A DNA stretch of 59,499 nt. Origin: a virus. Lineage: Duplodnaviria; Caudoviricetes. Positions 7,467 through 18,421 of this stretch are shown here, piece after piece. The translations under genes and the position numbers were made by a program. Position 1 is the first letter of the stretch; every line of letters begins with the position of its first letter. The notes below the pieces were generated by a model, which searched no databases, was not told where the DNA came from, and was given only the letters and a program-made list of their open reading frames with translations. The stretch is taken from positions 1-59,499 of the IMG/VR virus record IMGVR_UViG_3300020599_000008; one strand, 5' to 3'.

Positions 7467-10400
7467 CTATCCGACCGGCACGACACTCGTGATCGTCACG
7501 AGCGCCTGGACCGTGCACGTCACGTCCATCAGTTGTGCCGACGTGATCTCGATGTTGTTGGTCTGGCGCAGGGGTTGACCCTGGCCGTCCACCAGATACG
7601 GCGTAATGTCGACCATGAAATCGTTGTCCCACGGACCCCCGAGCGCCGCGGTGCGGTCGGTCCCGTTGATCGAGACCCGCATCTGGGGCTCCGTGGGATT
7701 TGGGCCCCGGAACACCCCGTAGACCAGCGCGTGGGTGTGGTCCTGGATCTCGTGGTCGTGGGGGTTGACCGCGTGGGTATGGAGCGGCAACGTATGGCTA
7801 TGCTCGCCCCCGGCCACCGCGGTCTGGCCCGACACCGTGTGGGTGTGGTTCAGGATCCCGTGGGTGTGGAGGTTCTCGCTCTGGGTCGCGACACCCGTGA
7901 TTGCGTGCTCGTGGGCTTGGGTCTGCTGGGTCGTGAGCGCTCCACTGGCCCCCTCGGTGCCGTTGCGCCCCACGTAGAACCCGTAGTTGGGACCCGTCTG
8001 GGGCCCTGTATTCATGACGATCTGCTGCAGATAGCCGGGATCGGCCCACGGGGTGGTCTGCTGGTACTGCCCGATAATGTGGAAATGCAGGCCGCCCGGC
8101 TGCGTGGTCGCGCCCGTCACCGAGTGGGTGTGGGGTGAGCCGCCCTGCGACGTGTGGCCCCCGCCCGCCGGTGTCACGGCGGTCGAGATTGCGTGCGAGT
8201 GCTGGCCCGCGGCATTGGCCGTGACGCCACCGCCGCCCTGCACCACCACGACGGTCGAGCTTGAGGTCTGGCCCCCGCCCGCCGCCGCGCCCTTGACGTT
8301 GCTCTTGACCCGCGACTTCCGTACCTGCATCTCGGCACGGTGCAGGTACGTGATGGTGTCGTTGATCCACACGGGGAACCGGGCGCTTTCGCCCACGTCG
8401 ACGCTTTCGGTATAGGGCCCGAACGGCATGTTGATCGGGAACGGGCGCTTGGCCGTCTGGATGGCCCACAGGTCTTCCAGGGCCTTGGCCACGATGTCGG
8501 CGTCATCCGGGGTTTCGCGGTCCACGGTCGAAACCGTCAGGGACCAGCGATCCACCCCGTCCTCGTCGAACTCTCGCTTATACCCGAGGATCCAGACGTC
8601 GGTGTCGATGTCGCGCCACACCCGCGTGCCATGGGGCAGGGCCACGGCCCCGCGGTACCGGAGCCGCGCGGTGTCGCCGGTCCGGAGCTGCACCTGACCG
8701 CCCACGATATGCCGGAGTCCCACGACATCGACCTTGTAGGACTCCTGCGCGGTCCCGTGCCACCCGAGCCACGCGGCAGCCACGTCGTACAGGGCGTTGG
8801 CGGCGTTGCGGATCTCCGCCGGGCTGTTGGACAGCGGCACCAGATCCTTGGCGATCAGGGCACGCTCGCGCGGCCCGTGGGTCACGATGCTGTCGCCCCA
8901 CTCGATGTACCAGTACGGGTTGCCCGCGCGATCCGTGCCCTGGTGGATCGGGTATGGACTCGTGCGGTCGCTATATTGCAGCGTCAGGGCCGAGATACCC
9001 TCGCCGCCGCCCAGCGGGACCACGCGGTTCCAGAGCTCGTCCTGCTGGGTCGTGATGGTCAGGTGGACAATCGGCTGTACCGCCATGTCACCAGTCGGGT
9101 TGACGTACTGGACGTTACTGAGCACGAGTCCCGAATCCGCGCCCATAGGTCCGATCTCGACCTGTCGCGTGAGATTGCGTTCCCGGATGTGCCAGCCGAA
9201 CATTTCGGCCGCATGGGCCATCGCCTGCCACGCCGACGCCCCGGTGTACTGCGCCGTGACGTTGCGGGGGTCCGGCGCGACGCTGAACGCGCCCCACGCG
9301 GTCCCGACGAGCAGGTCATCCACGACGTCGGGCATAGGGACGTTGGCGTACTCGGTCCCAACCAGCGTGTTGACCCACACGAGCTCCTGAGCCAACGACG
9401 ATCCCGAAACCGTCGCGATCATCTGTCCATCGGGCGTCACAACGGTTTCGACCGGCCCCACGACCCCCCGGAACACCAGGCCCTCGCCCGCGCGATGGAG
9501 ATTGATACGAGTCCCGTCAACCACCTGATCGAGCGCCGGATCGTACGCCGGGACCGCGATCTCGAACGCCCCGATGCCGTCGAGCGCGGCGTCATACCAG
9601 CCCCCGAGGATCGTGAGCAGTGGCCCGCCGTCCAGCGGGTTGCCCGCGGGATCGAACAGATCGGCCCGGAGCCCAGCGCCCCCGACCGTCGCGTACTCCA
9701 TGAGCGTGGCCTCAACGGTCGCGCGGCCCTGTATCCCCACGGTGATGTCAGCGCGGAACGACACCTCGGCCTCGACGGTCGCGGCGCTCGTGATCCCGAC
9801 CACGATTTCGGGCACCACCGCGGCCCGTGCCTCGACGGTCGCGCCGGAGTCGATGTTCACGACGAAACCTGCGGGCACCGTGATGCCGGAGCCGACGGTC
9901 GCGACACCTGCAATATCCACGTCAATCAGGCGCGTTGCACTGACCCTGGCATCCACCGTGGCCCACGTGTTGACCTCGACCTCGATCATGGCCGCGGGGA
10001 GCAGCCGGGCGCTGACCCATCCGGCCCCGTAGATCGTGGCTTCGATGCCCGCCGGAGCCGTTGCCCGTGCCTCGACGGACACGCTACCCGCGATCCCGAC
10101 CGTGATCTCCGTCGTGACCGTGACATCGACCTGCACGGTGGCCGCGCCCGCGATTCCTGTCGTGATGAGCCGTGACGCCGTGACGGATGCCGCGACCGTG
10201 GAGCTACCCGCGATGCTCGGCTCGATCTCCTGCGGGACCTGCAACAACGCCTCGACCGTGGTGCTGGTGTCGTGCCAGTTGCCCGCGCCGTCGCGCGTGC
10301 GGATGTAGCGTGTGTTGTTGCCGTTGACGATTCCACTGTCGGTCAGCAGGGACGTCGATATGGGCGTGCCACTCGTGCAACTGATCGGCCCGATCAGTTT

Positions 10401-11396
10401 CGTGCCGGTTCCACCCGCCCCGGTCCAGATTTCGTACCGCATCTGGCTCGCGCCGGTTGATGTGGCGTCGTTGGGCGTGAACGTCAGGCTGTACTGTTTC
10501 TCGGTCGAGACAGGGTTCGGCGTGTGGCTGATGCTCGTTGAATTCGCCGGCGCGGTTGCGTCACGGTAGACCGTGAACGCACTGGACGTCGCAGAACCGC
10601 CCTCGCCGTCATCCACCTCAAGCACGAGACTGTTGGCCCCGTCGGTCAGGTTCGCGTCGTTGTAGGCGATGGTGATCGAGCGCGCACCCGTCTGGACGCT
10701 GCCCGACTTGACCGTTGCCGCGCCCTTTTTGACCGTGTAGTTGAGCGTTGATTGCTCGGCGTCGGCGACGGTGAACGAGACTGTCGCGTTGGCGTTGTTC
10801 GGGCCGATATGCGTGTAGCCTGAGTTATGGTTGACGCTGGGCTGGGCGGTGAATGTCGGGTTTGTGTTGGGCGTGTAGTCAATCGTGAGCTTCGCCGGCG
10901 CATAGGTGCTGTGGCCGTATGGCGCGATCTCACGCTGAGCCTGCCCGGAGCTCGCGACCTGCACGTAAATGGTTGCAACGCCAGACGCGAGATACCCTGA
11001 ATCCGAGAGCGACTGAAATAGCGCCGTCAGATCAGGGGTATCGTACGTCGCGCCCTCGGACCACGTGCCGGACTGGTTCCATGTCACCGTCTCGGCTATA
11101 CGAGCGGCAACGACAACGCTGTTGTAACTGGTAGGTGCCGCCCCGTTATCAACGGCACGCGCACGGATTGTATAGGTACCGCTCGTGTCCGAGCTGTCGC
11201 CCGATGCGACGAACGTGAGTTTCGCACTGGTGATCGTGACGCCGTGGAGTGCAGACAGGCCAGTGAAACGCCAGAAGCCGCTGTTGCTCGCGCCCCCGAT
11301 GTACACACGGGTTGTGTTGTTGTTATTGAACGTCGACGACGGACGCCAGTATCCATCGTCAGCGCTCGCTCCAATGGAAACGACAATCTGGGCCAC
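7467..11396 (-). CDS. large tail tip / receptor-binding protein (1309 aa)
   Basis: Ser/Thr-rich beta domains, approx. 22-aa IAG.ATV.A repeats, Tal-like centre, C-terminal HxH fibre repeats. Confidence 0.8.
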   Translation of the reverse strand: MAQIVVSIGASADDGYWRPSSTFNNNNTTRVYIGGASNSGFWRFTGLSALHGVTITSAKLTFVASGDSSDTSGTYTIRARAVDNGAAPTSYNSVVVAARIAETVTWNQSGTWSEGATYDTPDLTALFQSLSDSGYLASGVATIYVQVASSGQAQREIAPYGHSTYAPAKLTIDYTPNTNPTFTAQPSVNHNSGYTHIGPNNANATVSFTVADAEQSTLNYTVKKGAATVKSGSVQTGARSITIAYNDANLTDGANSLVLEVDDGEGGSATSSAFTVYRDATAPANSTSISHTPNPVSTEKQYSLTFTPNDATSTGASQMRYEIWTGAGGTGTKLIGPISCTSGTPISTSLLTDSGIVNGNNTRYIRTRDGAGNWHDTSTTVEALLQVPQEIEPSIAGSSTVAASVTASRLITTGIAGAATVQVDVTVTTEITVGIAGSVSVEARATAPAGIEATIYGAGWVSARLLPAAMIEVEVNTWATVDARVSATRLIDVDIAGVATVGSGITVPAGFVVNIDSGATVEARAAVVPEIVVGITSAATVEAEVSFRADITVGIQGRATVEATLMEYATVGGAGLRADLFDPAGNPLDGGPLLTILGGWYDAALDGIGAFEIAVPAYDPALDQVVDGTRINLHRAGEGLVFRGVVGPVETVVTPDGQMIATVSGSSLAQELVWVNTLVGTEYANVPMPDVVDDLLVGTAWGAFSVAPDPRNVTAQYTGASAWQAMAHAAEMFGWHIRERNLTRQVEIGPMGADSGLVLSNVQYVNPTGDMAVQPIVHLTITTQQDELWNRVVPLGGGEGISALTLQYSDRTSPYPIHQGTDRAGNPYWYIEWGDSIVTHGPRERALIAKDLVPLSNSPAEIRNAANALYDVAAAWLGWHGTAQESYKVDVVGLRHIVGGQVQLRTGDTARLRYRGAVALPHGTRVWRDIDTDVWILGYKREFDEDGVDRWSLTVSTVDRETPDDADIVAKALEDLWAIQTAKRPFPINMPFGPYTESVDVGESARFPVWINDTITYLHRAEMQVRKSRVKSNVKGAAAGGGQTSSSTVVVVQGGGGVTANAAGQHSHAISTAVTPAGGGHTSQGGSPHTHSVTGATTQPGGLHFHIIGQYQQTTPWADPGYLQQIVMNTGPQTGPNYGFYVGRNGTEGASGALTTQQTQAHEHAITGVATQSENLHTHGILNHTHTVSGQTAVAGGEHSHTLPLHTHAVNPHDHEIQDHTHALVYGVFRGPNPTEPQMRVSINGTDRTAALGGPWDNDFMVDITPYLVDGQGQPLRQTNNIEITSAQLMDVTCTVQALVTITSVVPVG

Positions 11397-11461
11397 GTTG
11401 TCCTGCCTGCCAGCCTTATCGTGTCAGTAGCGGAGAACCAGCGCCCCGCTCCTGCGTGCTA

Positions 11462-11866
11462 CTAGTCCTCGGTGAGGGTCAGTGCGCCAGCCCGAATAAC
11501 CGGCGGCGTCTGGGTGGTCGATACCCCGATCGATCCAACGTCGCCGTCGTAGTACAGGACGTTGCCCCCAGAGGCCGCGTCGACGAACGCGACCGCGACC
11601 GCGGTGTCAGAGCCGCCCTGCACCTCGGGCCACTCAATGTCTGCTGAGTTCGTCATGACGCCCCCGGACGCGGCGTTGAGGCTCGCGGACGGGACCTGCA
11701 CCCGGGCATAGCCCGTGTACGCGACCTCCGAGATCGTCGACCCGGTGCTCGACTTGCTTGGCGCGACTTTGCACAGAGCCGCGTAGACCGTGCTGGGCAT
11801 CGTGAAGGCCGCGCGCCCCATCACGTGATCCAGCACCTTGGATGCACAGTAGTTCGATTTGGGCAT
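11462..11866 (-). CDS. minor tail protein
   Basis: SNY...VLDHV...TVYAAL...GYARV...GGNVLY pattern of small tail proteins. Confidence 0.75.
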   Translation of the reverse strand: MPKSNYCASKVLDHVMGRAAFTMPSTVYAALCKVAPSKSSTGSTISEVAYTGYARVQVPSASLNAASGGVMTNSADIEWPEVQGGSDTAVAVAFVDAASGGNVLYYDGDVGSIGVSTTQTPPVIRAGALTLTED

Positions 11867-11875
11867 GGTGTTCTC

Positions 11876-12724
11876 CTACTCGTAGGGCGCGTGGAACGCG
11901 ACCGTCAGGGTCATGTCAGGGGTGCCCCCCGACGTCACTTCGATGTAGTTGCTACCCGGGACCAGGCTCATGAGCGCCGTCTGGGTCGCCCCGAGGGTCG
12001 CGGCCCCGTAGGCTGATATCCATGTCGTGCCTCCATCCGTTGACCGCTGGAGCGCGGCGTGTTCGGTATCGATCCGGAGCCGGTCATTCGGGCCCGCGGC
12101 CATCAGCCCGAACGCCACGGACTCGCCGGTTGTCGTGTTGGTGATCTGGGGGTTCTGGTACCCGCTGGCCCCGTGGGCCGCGAGTTCGACCGTGAGGGCG
12201 AGGGCATCGGCGGTCCCGTGATTCACGACCTCCAGCACCGCGGGCGACGCCCCGATCCCGAGGGTCGAGATCGTCAGGTCCTCGGCGTGCCAGTCGGACA
12301 CCCGGACGAACTCCACGACCACCGGGACAAATTCGCGATCGCGCACCCCGTACTGGAACCCCGGGACCGTGACCGCCGAGGCCCACGCCCAGCGCCGCAC
12401 AGACGCGCCGTAGCCCTCGATCACCTGCCAGAGCTTTCCCGTGCCGTAGCGCCGGAGCGCCGCGTTCATGGCGTCGACCTGCTGGTCCACCGATTGCCCG
12501 TCACCGTGGCGCACGAGGAACCGCGCGCGTTCGCGCCCCGTGCGCTTCGGCATGGGGCCAGCGCCCAGCAGGTTCACCCCGTAGCCCGCGCCCACCACCG
12601 TGGCGATCGGGACCACGAGCGCCTGATCGGGAGTCCACTCGTGTTCGAGCCGCGAAAACTCGATCAGGTCCGTGCCATCGGCCCGCGAGAATCCCTGGAG
12701 CCAGCGCCGTCGTGGAACCGTCAT
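11876..12724 (-). CDS. distal tail protein (Dit-like)
   Basis: Immediately after tape measure; VVNHGTA...LVPGSNYIEV C-terminus. Confidence 0.75.
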   Translation of the reverse strand: MTVPRRRWLQGFSRADGTDLIEFSRLEHEWTPDQALVVPIATVVGAGYGVNLLGAGPMPKRTGRERARFLVRHGDGQSVDQQVDAMNAALRRYGTGKLWQVIEGYGASVRRWAWASAVTVPGFQYGVRDREFVPVVVEFVRVSDWHAEDLTISTLGIGASPAVLEVVNHGTADALALTVELAAHGASGYQNPQITNTTTGESVAFGLMAAGPNDRLRIDTEHAALQRSTDGGTTWISAYGAATLGATQTALMSLVPGSNYIEVTSGGTPDMTLTVAFHAPYE

Positions 12725-15700
12725 ACCGGTGCTCCTCTCCGGCGCTTCGCCGCGCGGATGCCCCACCCGATGTCCTGCATCGCGCGTTCTGCGTCCTCTC
12801 GGTCGCGGGCGTTGATCGTCACCGGCGCGTTGAAGATCAGGTCGATGTCGTCGCCTCCGAACCGTGGCATCACCGCGGTTGCCGAGAGACTGGCGGGGCT
12901 CAGGGCCGTCATCGCGGCCCACTCGGGAGACTGGCGCATCCGATCGACCAGCGCGCTGGCCACGACCGACGCGCCCGCGGACTCCAGCGGGATCACGGCC
13001 TCGACCCCGCGTTCCGCCACCGTGGCGTCGAGCTCACGGGTCACCACGCCCCCGAGCGCGAGCTTCGGGAGCTCGATCCCCTTGGCCGCGCGGGTGATCG
13101 TGTTGTCGGTTCCCACAGGATCGGGGTTCCACCCGCCCGTCGTGGTGGTGCCGTCGTCCTTCGGGACCGCCACGCCCACGAGCCCGGTGGTTGTGTCGGC
13201 CTTCGGATCCGTCGCGGTGGTCGTGGTCGTGTTGGTCGTGGTGGCCCCGGTGCTCGGGACCGCCGGGAGGTCCGCGGGCTGCACCGCCGCGATCGTGGCG
13301 TTGGCGGCCTGAATCAGCGCCGCGATTTCCTGCACGGCATTGAGGAACCGCAGGGCCTCCTGAACGCCCTGGGTGCTCGCGAGTTGCGCGACGTCCTGCA
13401 CGAGATCAATGACGATCTGCCACGATGCCAGGAACGCGTCGGCGTGGGCCTGGGTAACGCGTGAGTGATCCACCATCGCCTTGAACGCGTCGGCCGCGCC
13501 CTTGACGAGCCCCAGGAGATCGCTCGCGACATCGGCGAACTGCTGGAGGTAGTCGAGCGCGTCGGTGCTGTAGTTCGCGGCGATCTGGCGCAGCATGTCG
13601 AGGATGTAGTCCGCGACCCCGGTCATCTCCCACGCGAGTTGCCGGAGGTTTTCGCGGGTCTTGGGATCGAGGTCCCCGTACATCAGGATCGCGGCCAGGG
13701 CCTCGCCCGTGGTCTTCATGACCTCAAGCCCCGCGTTGGCCGACTCCGAGAACGCCGACACGGCATCGAGGCCCTTGGTGTCCCACAGGACCGCCACGGC
13801 TTCGAGTTGTCGGGTGATCAACTCCACGAGCGCGACCATCTGGTCCGCCGTCGCCGCGAGGTCGTATCCCGTGGTGTCGATGGTGCTGAACAGCAGCATG
13901 GCGTTGAGGGCATCGCCCGCCCCGCCCATCGTGTCCATCGCGGAATTCGCGGCCTCGGCGTATTCCGTGACCGCCGTGAGCCCCGCGGTATTGAAATTGG
14001 CGCTCGACTCCTGCATCGCCGCGACGATGTACTGCGTGAGCTCGATCATTCGGTCCGCCGCGTCCCGGAGATCCGCGTCCTGGACCTTCATGCCCGCGAA
14101 CGTCAGGATGGCCTCGACGCCGGCCACGACGTCGCCCATGAGCCCGTAGGCCGCGACCGACGCGTCGACGTATTCCTGGAGGTGGGCCAGCCCTTCGGAC
14201 GAGAACAGCACCGCGGAATCCCCGAGGCTCTGGACGATGTGTTCCGTCAGGAACTTGACCTGTGACGCGGCCTCGGTCGCGACCGCGAAATCGGTATCCA
14301 CGAGGCTCTGGAGCGATGCCAGGGCCTCGGACGCCGCGGTCATGAGCTCCATGCCCGACGTCGCGGTCTCGGCGTAGGATCCGGCGCGCTCGATGAATCC
14401 GCCGCCCCGTGTGGCCGTGATGTAGTCCGCCGAGTCCCCGATCGACAGCATGATGTGTTCGGTCAGGAACTTGACCTGCGAGGCACCGTCGCGCGCGGCG
14501 TCGAGGTCGCCCGACAGCCCCATGAGCGTCGCCATCACGGCAGCGCCCTGGTCCATGAGGTCGAGCCCGGTCTTTGCGGATTCCGCATACTGCTCGGCGT
14601 CCGCGACGAACCCCTCGCCTCGCTGAGAGTCGAGGAACCACGCGGAATCCCCGATGCTCGTGACGATGTGCTCGGTCAGGAATTTGATCTGGCTGGCCGC
14701 GTCCTTGGCGCGCTCAAGGTTCGCGTTGAGGTCGCTGAGCGTGACCAGCAGGTCCGCGCCATCGGCAACCAGATCGACCCCGGTCTTGGCCGCGTCCGCG
14801 TACTCGCCCGCCCGCGTGACAAAGCCCTCGGGACGACTGGCGTCGATCAGCGCCACGGAATCGCCCAACGACACCACGATGTGCTCGGTCAGGACCTTGA
14901 GGTCGGTCGCGGCCTGCATGGCGCGCCCGAGATTCGCGTTGCTGGCGTCGAGCTGTGCGATCAGCGCAAGGCCCTGCTCGAACAGGTCGTACCCCTGCTT
15001 CGCGGCGTCCATGTAGGCCGACGCCGCATCGAGCATCCCGTCCTCGAACTCGCTCGCCGTGTCCGCCACCATGTCGATCACGAACTTGGAGAACGCGTTG
15101 AGCTCCCGGAGGAACGACTCGCCCTGGAATTGGCGCGATTCCGTGATCCCCAGGACCACGCCCTCGGACGCGGCCTCGCTGGCATCGGTCGCGGCGTCGA
15201 CGATCTCGGGGGTCGAGTCCGCGATGCCCCCGGCGTACTGTTCCCCGAGGTCGCGCCCGTACTGCCACCAGTTGCGCCGCTGGCCCCGGAACGTGTTGCT
15301 CAGGGCCCCGACGCCATGTTCGACCGCCGGGAGCGTGTCCTGGGTAAACGTCGCGGTGATGTAGGACCAGTCGGGCTGGAATGCCAGGGGGCCCCATTTG
15401 GCCGGGGAGTGCGGGAGCAGGCCCTCGACCCGCGCGAGTCCGGCGGATAGCGCGGTGTAGTCCAGATCGGCATAGATGGTGAACGACCGTGTGACTCCCG
15501 CGAGTCGCGATTCAACCTCGTTGATCCCCGAGATCGCGCCCGAGTTATCGGCATCCAGCGTCGCGGTGTAATCGCCCTCGGCAAATCCCGTGGCTCGGCC
15601 CCGCGCGTACTCGGTCGGGGTGACGGCTGGCTGGTTATCGGCCTTGAGGGTCGCGGTATAGTCCGCGTCGGCGAACGTCCGGGCCGCGTCGCTCGCGTTG

Positions 15701-18351
15701 TGGGCCTTCTCGACCGCGTGGGTGTCGTCACCCTCGAACGCCGCCATGTAGTCGCCCGCGGCGAACTCATCGCCCGCAGTCGTGGCGTCCGCCGCGCCCT
15801 GCTCCGCACCACTGGCATCGACCCCCAGCACGGCCTCGGCCTGGGTCTCGTCGAAGATCCCGAGTTGGACCAGCAGATTCACGATCTTCTCGATCGTGGT
15901 GTCCATGGATTCGGCCAGCGCTCCGAGCGACTGGGCCATTTGGAGCCCCGCGGATGCCGCGGGATCGTACTGCGCGGTCAGGCCCGCGAGAGCAATGCGG
16001 TACTCGTCGCTGCTCTTGTCCTCGTACTGGGCGTTGAGCTCGTCAAGTTTCCGGGTGAATTCGGCGGTCTGGACCGCCGATTCAACGAACGCCCCGGCCT
16101 CATCCAGCGCCCCGCCCTTGGAGCGTTCCTGCAGCCAGACTAATTGCTCCTTGGATGCGTTGTACTGGTCCTGGGTAATGCGTCCGTCCGCGAGCTGCTG
16201 GTCCAGGACCGCGATGGCGTCGCCCGCCATTTTGCCCCGGTTATTCCACTCGTCCATGTGGGCCGCGGCCTCGCCGGCAGCCGACCCGATGTTGCGGTAC
16301 GCCTCGGCCACGGGATCGAGCATGCGGCCAAATGCCCCGGCCTGATCGACGCTCGCGGCGATGATCCCGTTGATCGCGTCCATGTGGGCCTGAATGGCCG
16401 CGATCTCCGCAGGGTCGGGTTCCGGCGCGGCCAGCGCCTCGGCCAGCTTGACCCGCAGGCCCTGGAGCTCGGATTCCGCGGCCTCGCGGAACTCGGAGTA
16501 GCGGATCTTGCCGTTCTGGACGAACGCATCGACCGCGCCCTGCGAGGTCGACATCCCCGACACCACCGCGGTGGTCGCGAGCCCCACGGCGGCAACGGCA
16601 TCGCTCCCCATCCCCATCATGGCGTCGCCGAGGGCTGATGCGCGGCCTACCAGCACGTCGACCTCGGACTGCGTGTAGCCGAGCCCTGACCCGAGGTCGT
16701 CCCACACGCGGTTCCAGTCCGCGGCCATGCGCTCCGCTTCGGCGGGCAGGTAGTGGAGCCCGTCGCCGAGATCCCCCATGCTGGACTGAATCTGGTCCGC
16801 CGCCGCGACCGTGGTTGCGGCCATATCGTCTGCCGCATCCGCGGTGTCGCCGAACAGTTTGCTAATCACCCAGTTCGGCGCGGCCTTGATTTGGTCCCAC
16901 AGCCAGACAAACGCATCGGCAGCGGCCCGTACCGCGGTCGCGAGAAGCCCGAGGGCCTTGGACACGAGCCCGGTGTGCATTTCGAGCGTGATGAGCCCCG
17001 CGCCCACCACCGCGACCGCCGCGGCAACCGCGAGCACCGGGAGCGACAGGGTCCCGAGCGTGACGACCAGCAGTCCCGTGACAACCAGCAGCGGACCAGC
17101 AACGGCCAGCAAGGCCCCGAGCGCGATGGCGAAGGTCTTGACCGGGCCCGGGAGACCGTTGAACGCCGGAATCAGGGTGCCGCTGAGGAATCCCGCAAAC
17201 CTTCCAACCACGTCGACCGCCGACTGGAACATCGGGATCAGCGCGGTGCTGAGCTCTAACGCGGCCTCGGACAGCCGGTTCTTCATGATCTGGATCTGGC
17301 TGGCCGTGGTCTCGTACCGTTGCGCCGCCTCGTTGGTCAGCGCGGTGTTTTCCTGCCACGCGGTGGACCCGAGCTCAATGGCGTTGCGGAACAGGTCGCC
17401 CGCGCCCGCAGCCCGCAGCAATGCGTCGCGGACCCGAATCTCCGACAGCCCAAGCTCGTCCAGGACCCCGAAGACATCGCCCCCGGCAGCCTGGATGCCC
17501 CCAAGCCCCTCGATAAACGAGACAATGGCCCCCGAGGCATCCTCCTGGAACGCACGCTGGAATTCCGCGCTCGTCATCCCCGCGACCGACGCGAACGTTT
17601 CGAGTTTCGCGCCGCCCTGCGCAACCTCCGACGCCATGTCGATCATGACGCGCGAGATTGCGGATCCACCGGCCTGGGCCTCGATCCCGACGCTCGACAG
17701 CGCCGCCGCGAACCCCATGATCTGGGGCTCGGTCATCCCGACGGTATGGCCCGCGCCCGCGATTCGCAGCCCCATCTCGACGATCTCGGACTCGGTCGTG
17801 GCGAAGTTGTTGCCGAGGGCCACGACGGTTGAGCCGAGGCGGTCGAACTCGGTTTGGGGCATCTGCGTGATGTTGGCGAGGCGCGCGAGGCTGGTGGCGG
17901 CCTGTTCGGCCGTCATGTTGGTCGAGACCCCGAGGTCCACCATGGTGCGCGTGAACCCCAGGATGTTGGGCGTCTGGATCCCGAGCTGCCCCGCGGCTTC
18001 CGCGACGCTCGCGATGGACGACGCGCTGGCCGGGACCTCAAGCGCCATTTCGCGGATCCCGGTCGACAGCGCCGAGAACTCGGTTTCGGTCGCGTTGACG
18101 GTTTTGCGGACGCCGGCAAACGCGCTCTCGTAGTCGATCCCGGTCTTCAGGACCGCGGCCCCCATGGCCAGCGCGCCGGCCGACACGATCGTCATGGCCT
18201 GACCGGTCTGCTGCATCGACTGGCCCGCGGACACGAGGGAACCCCGGAATCCCTCTACCCGGTTCTTGGCACCCTCGATCCCGGCCTTGAGCTCAGCGTC
18301 ATCGACTTTGAGCTCAAGGACCGCGGTGCCGAGAACGCTGCTGGCACTCAT
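12721..18351 (-). CDS. tape measure protein (1876 aa)
   Basis: YESAFAGVRKTV...LGNNFATTESEI TP901-type domain; Ala-rich; internal repeats. Confidence 0.95.
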   Translation of the reverse strand: MSASSVLGTAVLELKVDDAELKAGIEGAKNRVEGFRGSLVSAGQSMQQTGQAMTIVSAGALAMGAAVLKTGIDYESAFAGVRKTVNATETEFSALSTGIREMALEVPASASSIASVAEAAGQLGIQTPNILGFTRTMVDLGVSTNMTAEQAATSLARLANITQMPQTEFDRLGSTVVALGNNFATTESEIVEMGLRIAGAGHTVGMTEPQIMGFAAALSSVGIEAQAGGSAISRVMIDMASEVAQGGAKLETFASVAGMTSAEFQRAFQEDASGAIVSFIEGLGGIQAAGGDVFGVLDELGLSEIRVRDALLRAAGAGDLFRNAIELGSTAWQENTALTNEAAQRYETTASQIQIMKNRLSEAALELSTALIPMFQSAVDVVGRFAGFLSGTLIPAFNGLPGPVKTFAIALGALLAVAGPLLVVTGLLVVTLGTLSLPVLAVAAAVAVVGAGLITLEMHTGLVSKALGLLATAVRAAADAFVWLWDQIKAAPNWVISKLFGDTADAADDMAATTVAAADQIQSSMGDLGDGLHYLPAEAERMAADWNRVWDDLGSGLGYTQSEVDVLVGRASALGDAMMGMGSDAVAAVGLATTAVVSGMSTSQGAVDAFVQNGKIRYSEFREAAESELQGLRVKLAEALAAPEPDPAEIAAIQAHMDAINGIIAASVDQAGAFGRMLDPVAEAYRNIGSAAGEAAAHMDEWNNRGKMAGDAIAVLDQQLADGRITQDQYNASKEQLVWLQERSKGGALDEAGAFVESAVQTAEFTRKLDELNAQYEDKSSDEYRIALAGLTAQYDPAASAGLQMAQSLGALAESMDTTIEKIVNLLVQLGIFDETQAEAVLGVDASGAEQGAADATTAGDEFAAGDYMAAFEGDDTHAVEKAHNASDAARTFADADYTATLKADNQPAVTPTEYARGRATGFAEGDYTATLDADNSGAISGINEVESRLAGVTRSFTIYADLDYTALSAGLARVEGLLPHSPAKWGPLAFQPDWSYITATFTQDTLPAVEHGVGALSNTFRGQRRNWWQYGRDLGEQYAGGIADSTPEIVDAATDASEAASEGVVLGITESRQFQGESFLRELNAFSKFVIDMVADTASEFEDGMLDAASAYMDAAKQGYDLFEQGLALIAQLDASNANLGRAMQAATDLKVLTEHIVVSLGDSVALIDASRPEGFVTRAGEYADAAKTGVDLVADGADLLVTLSDLNANLERAKDAASQIKFLTEHIVTSIGDSAWFLDSQRGEGFVADAEQYAESAKTGLDLMDQGAAVMATLMGLSGDLDAARDGASQVKFLTEHIMLSIGDSADYITATRGGGFIERAGSYAETATSGMELMTAASEALASLQSLVDTDFAVATEAASQVKFLTEHIVQSLGDSAVLFSSEGLAHLQEYVDASVAAYGLMGDVVAGVEAILTFAGMKVQDADLRDAADRMIELTQYIVAAMQESSANFNTAGLTAVTEYAEAANSAMDTMGGAGDALNAMLLFSTIDTTGYDLAATADQMVALVELITRQLEAVAVLWDTKGLDAVSAFSESANAGLEVMKTTGEALAAILMYGDLDPKTRENLRQLAWEMTGVADYILDMLRQIAANYSTDALDYLQQFADVASDLLGLVKGAADAFKAMVDHSRVTQAHADAFLASWQIVIDLVQDVAQLASTQGVQEALRFLNAVQEIAALIQAANATIAAVQPADLPAVPSTGATTTNTTTTTATDPKADTTTGLVGVAVPKDDGTTTTGGWNPDPVGTDNTITRAAKGIELPKLALGGVVTRELDATVAERGVEAVIPLESAGASVVASALVDRMRQSPEWAAMTALSPASLSATAVMPRFGGDDIDLIFNAPVTINARDREDAERAMQDIGWGIRAAKRRRGAPV

Positions 18352-18421
18352 GCCGCAGCCTCACTATTCAGATGCAGGATATCGGTTTGGCCGATAGCGC
18401 GGGGCACAGAGAACCGCCCAA

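Noticed and set aside
7467-8300. Diversity-generating retroelement target in the tail-tip C-terminus
   Set aside because: No reverse transcriptase and no TR/VR repeat pair seen
8340-10175. Long plus-strand ORFs (also 27251-28807, 16811-18133, 53307-54452 and many others)
   Set aside because: Antisense shadows of real minus-strand genes in high-GC DNA; no SD and no recognisable motifs
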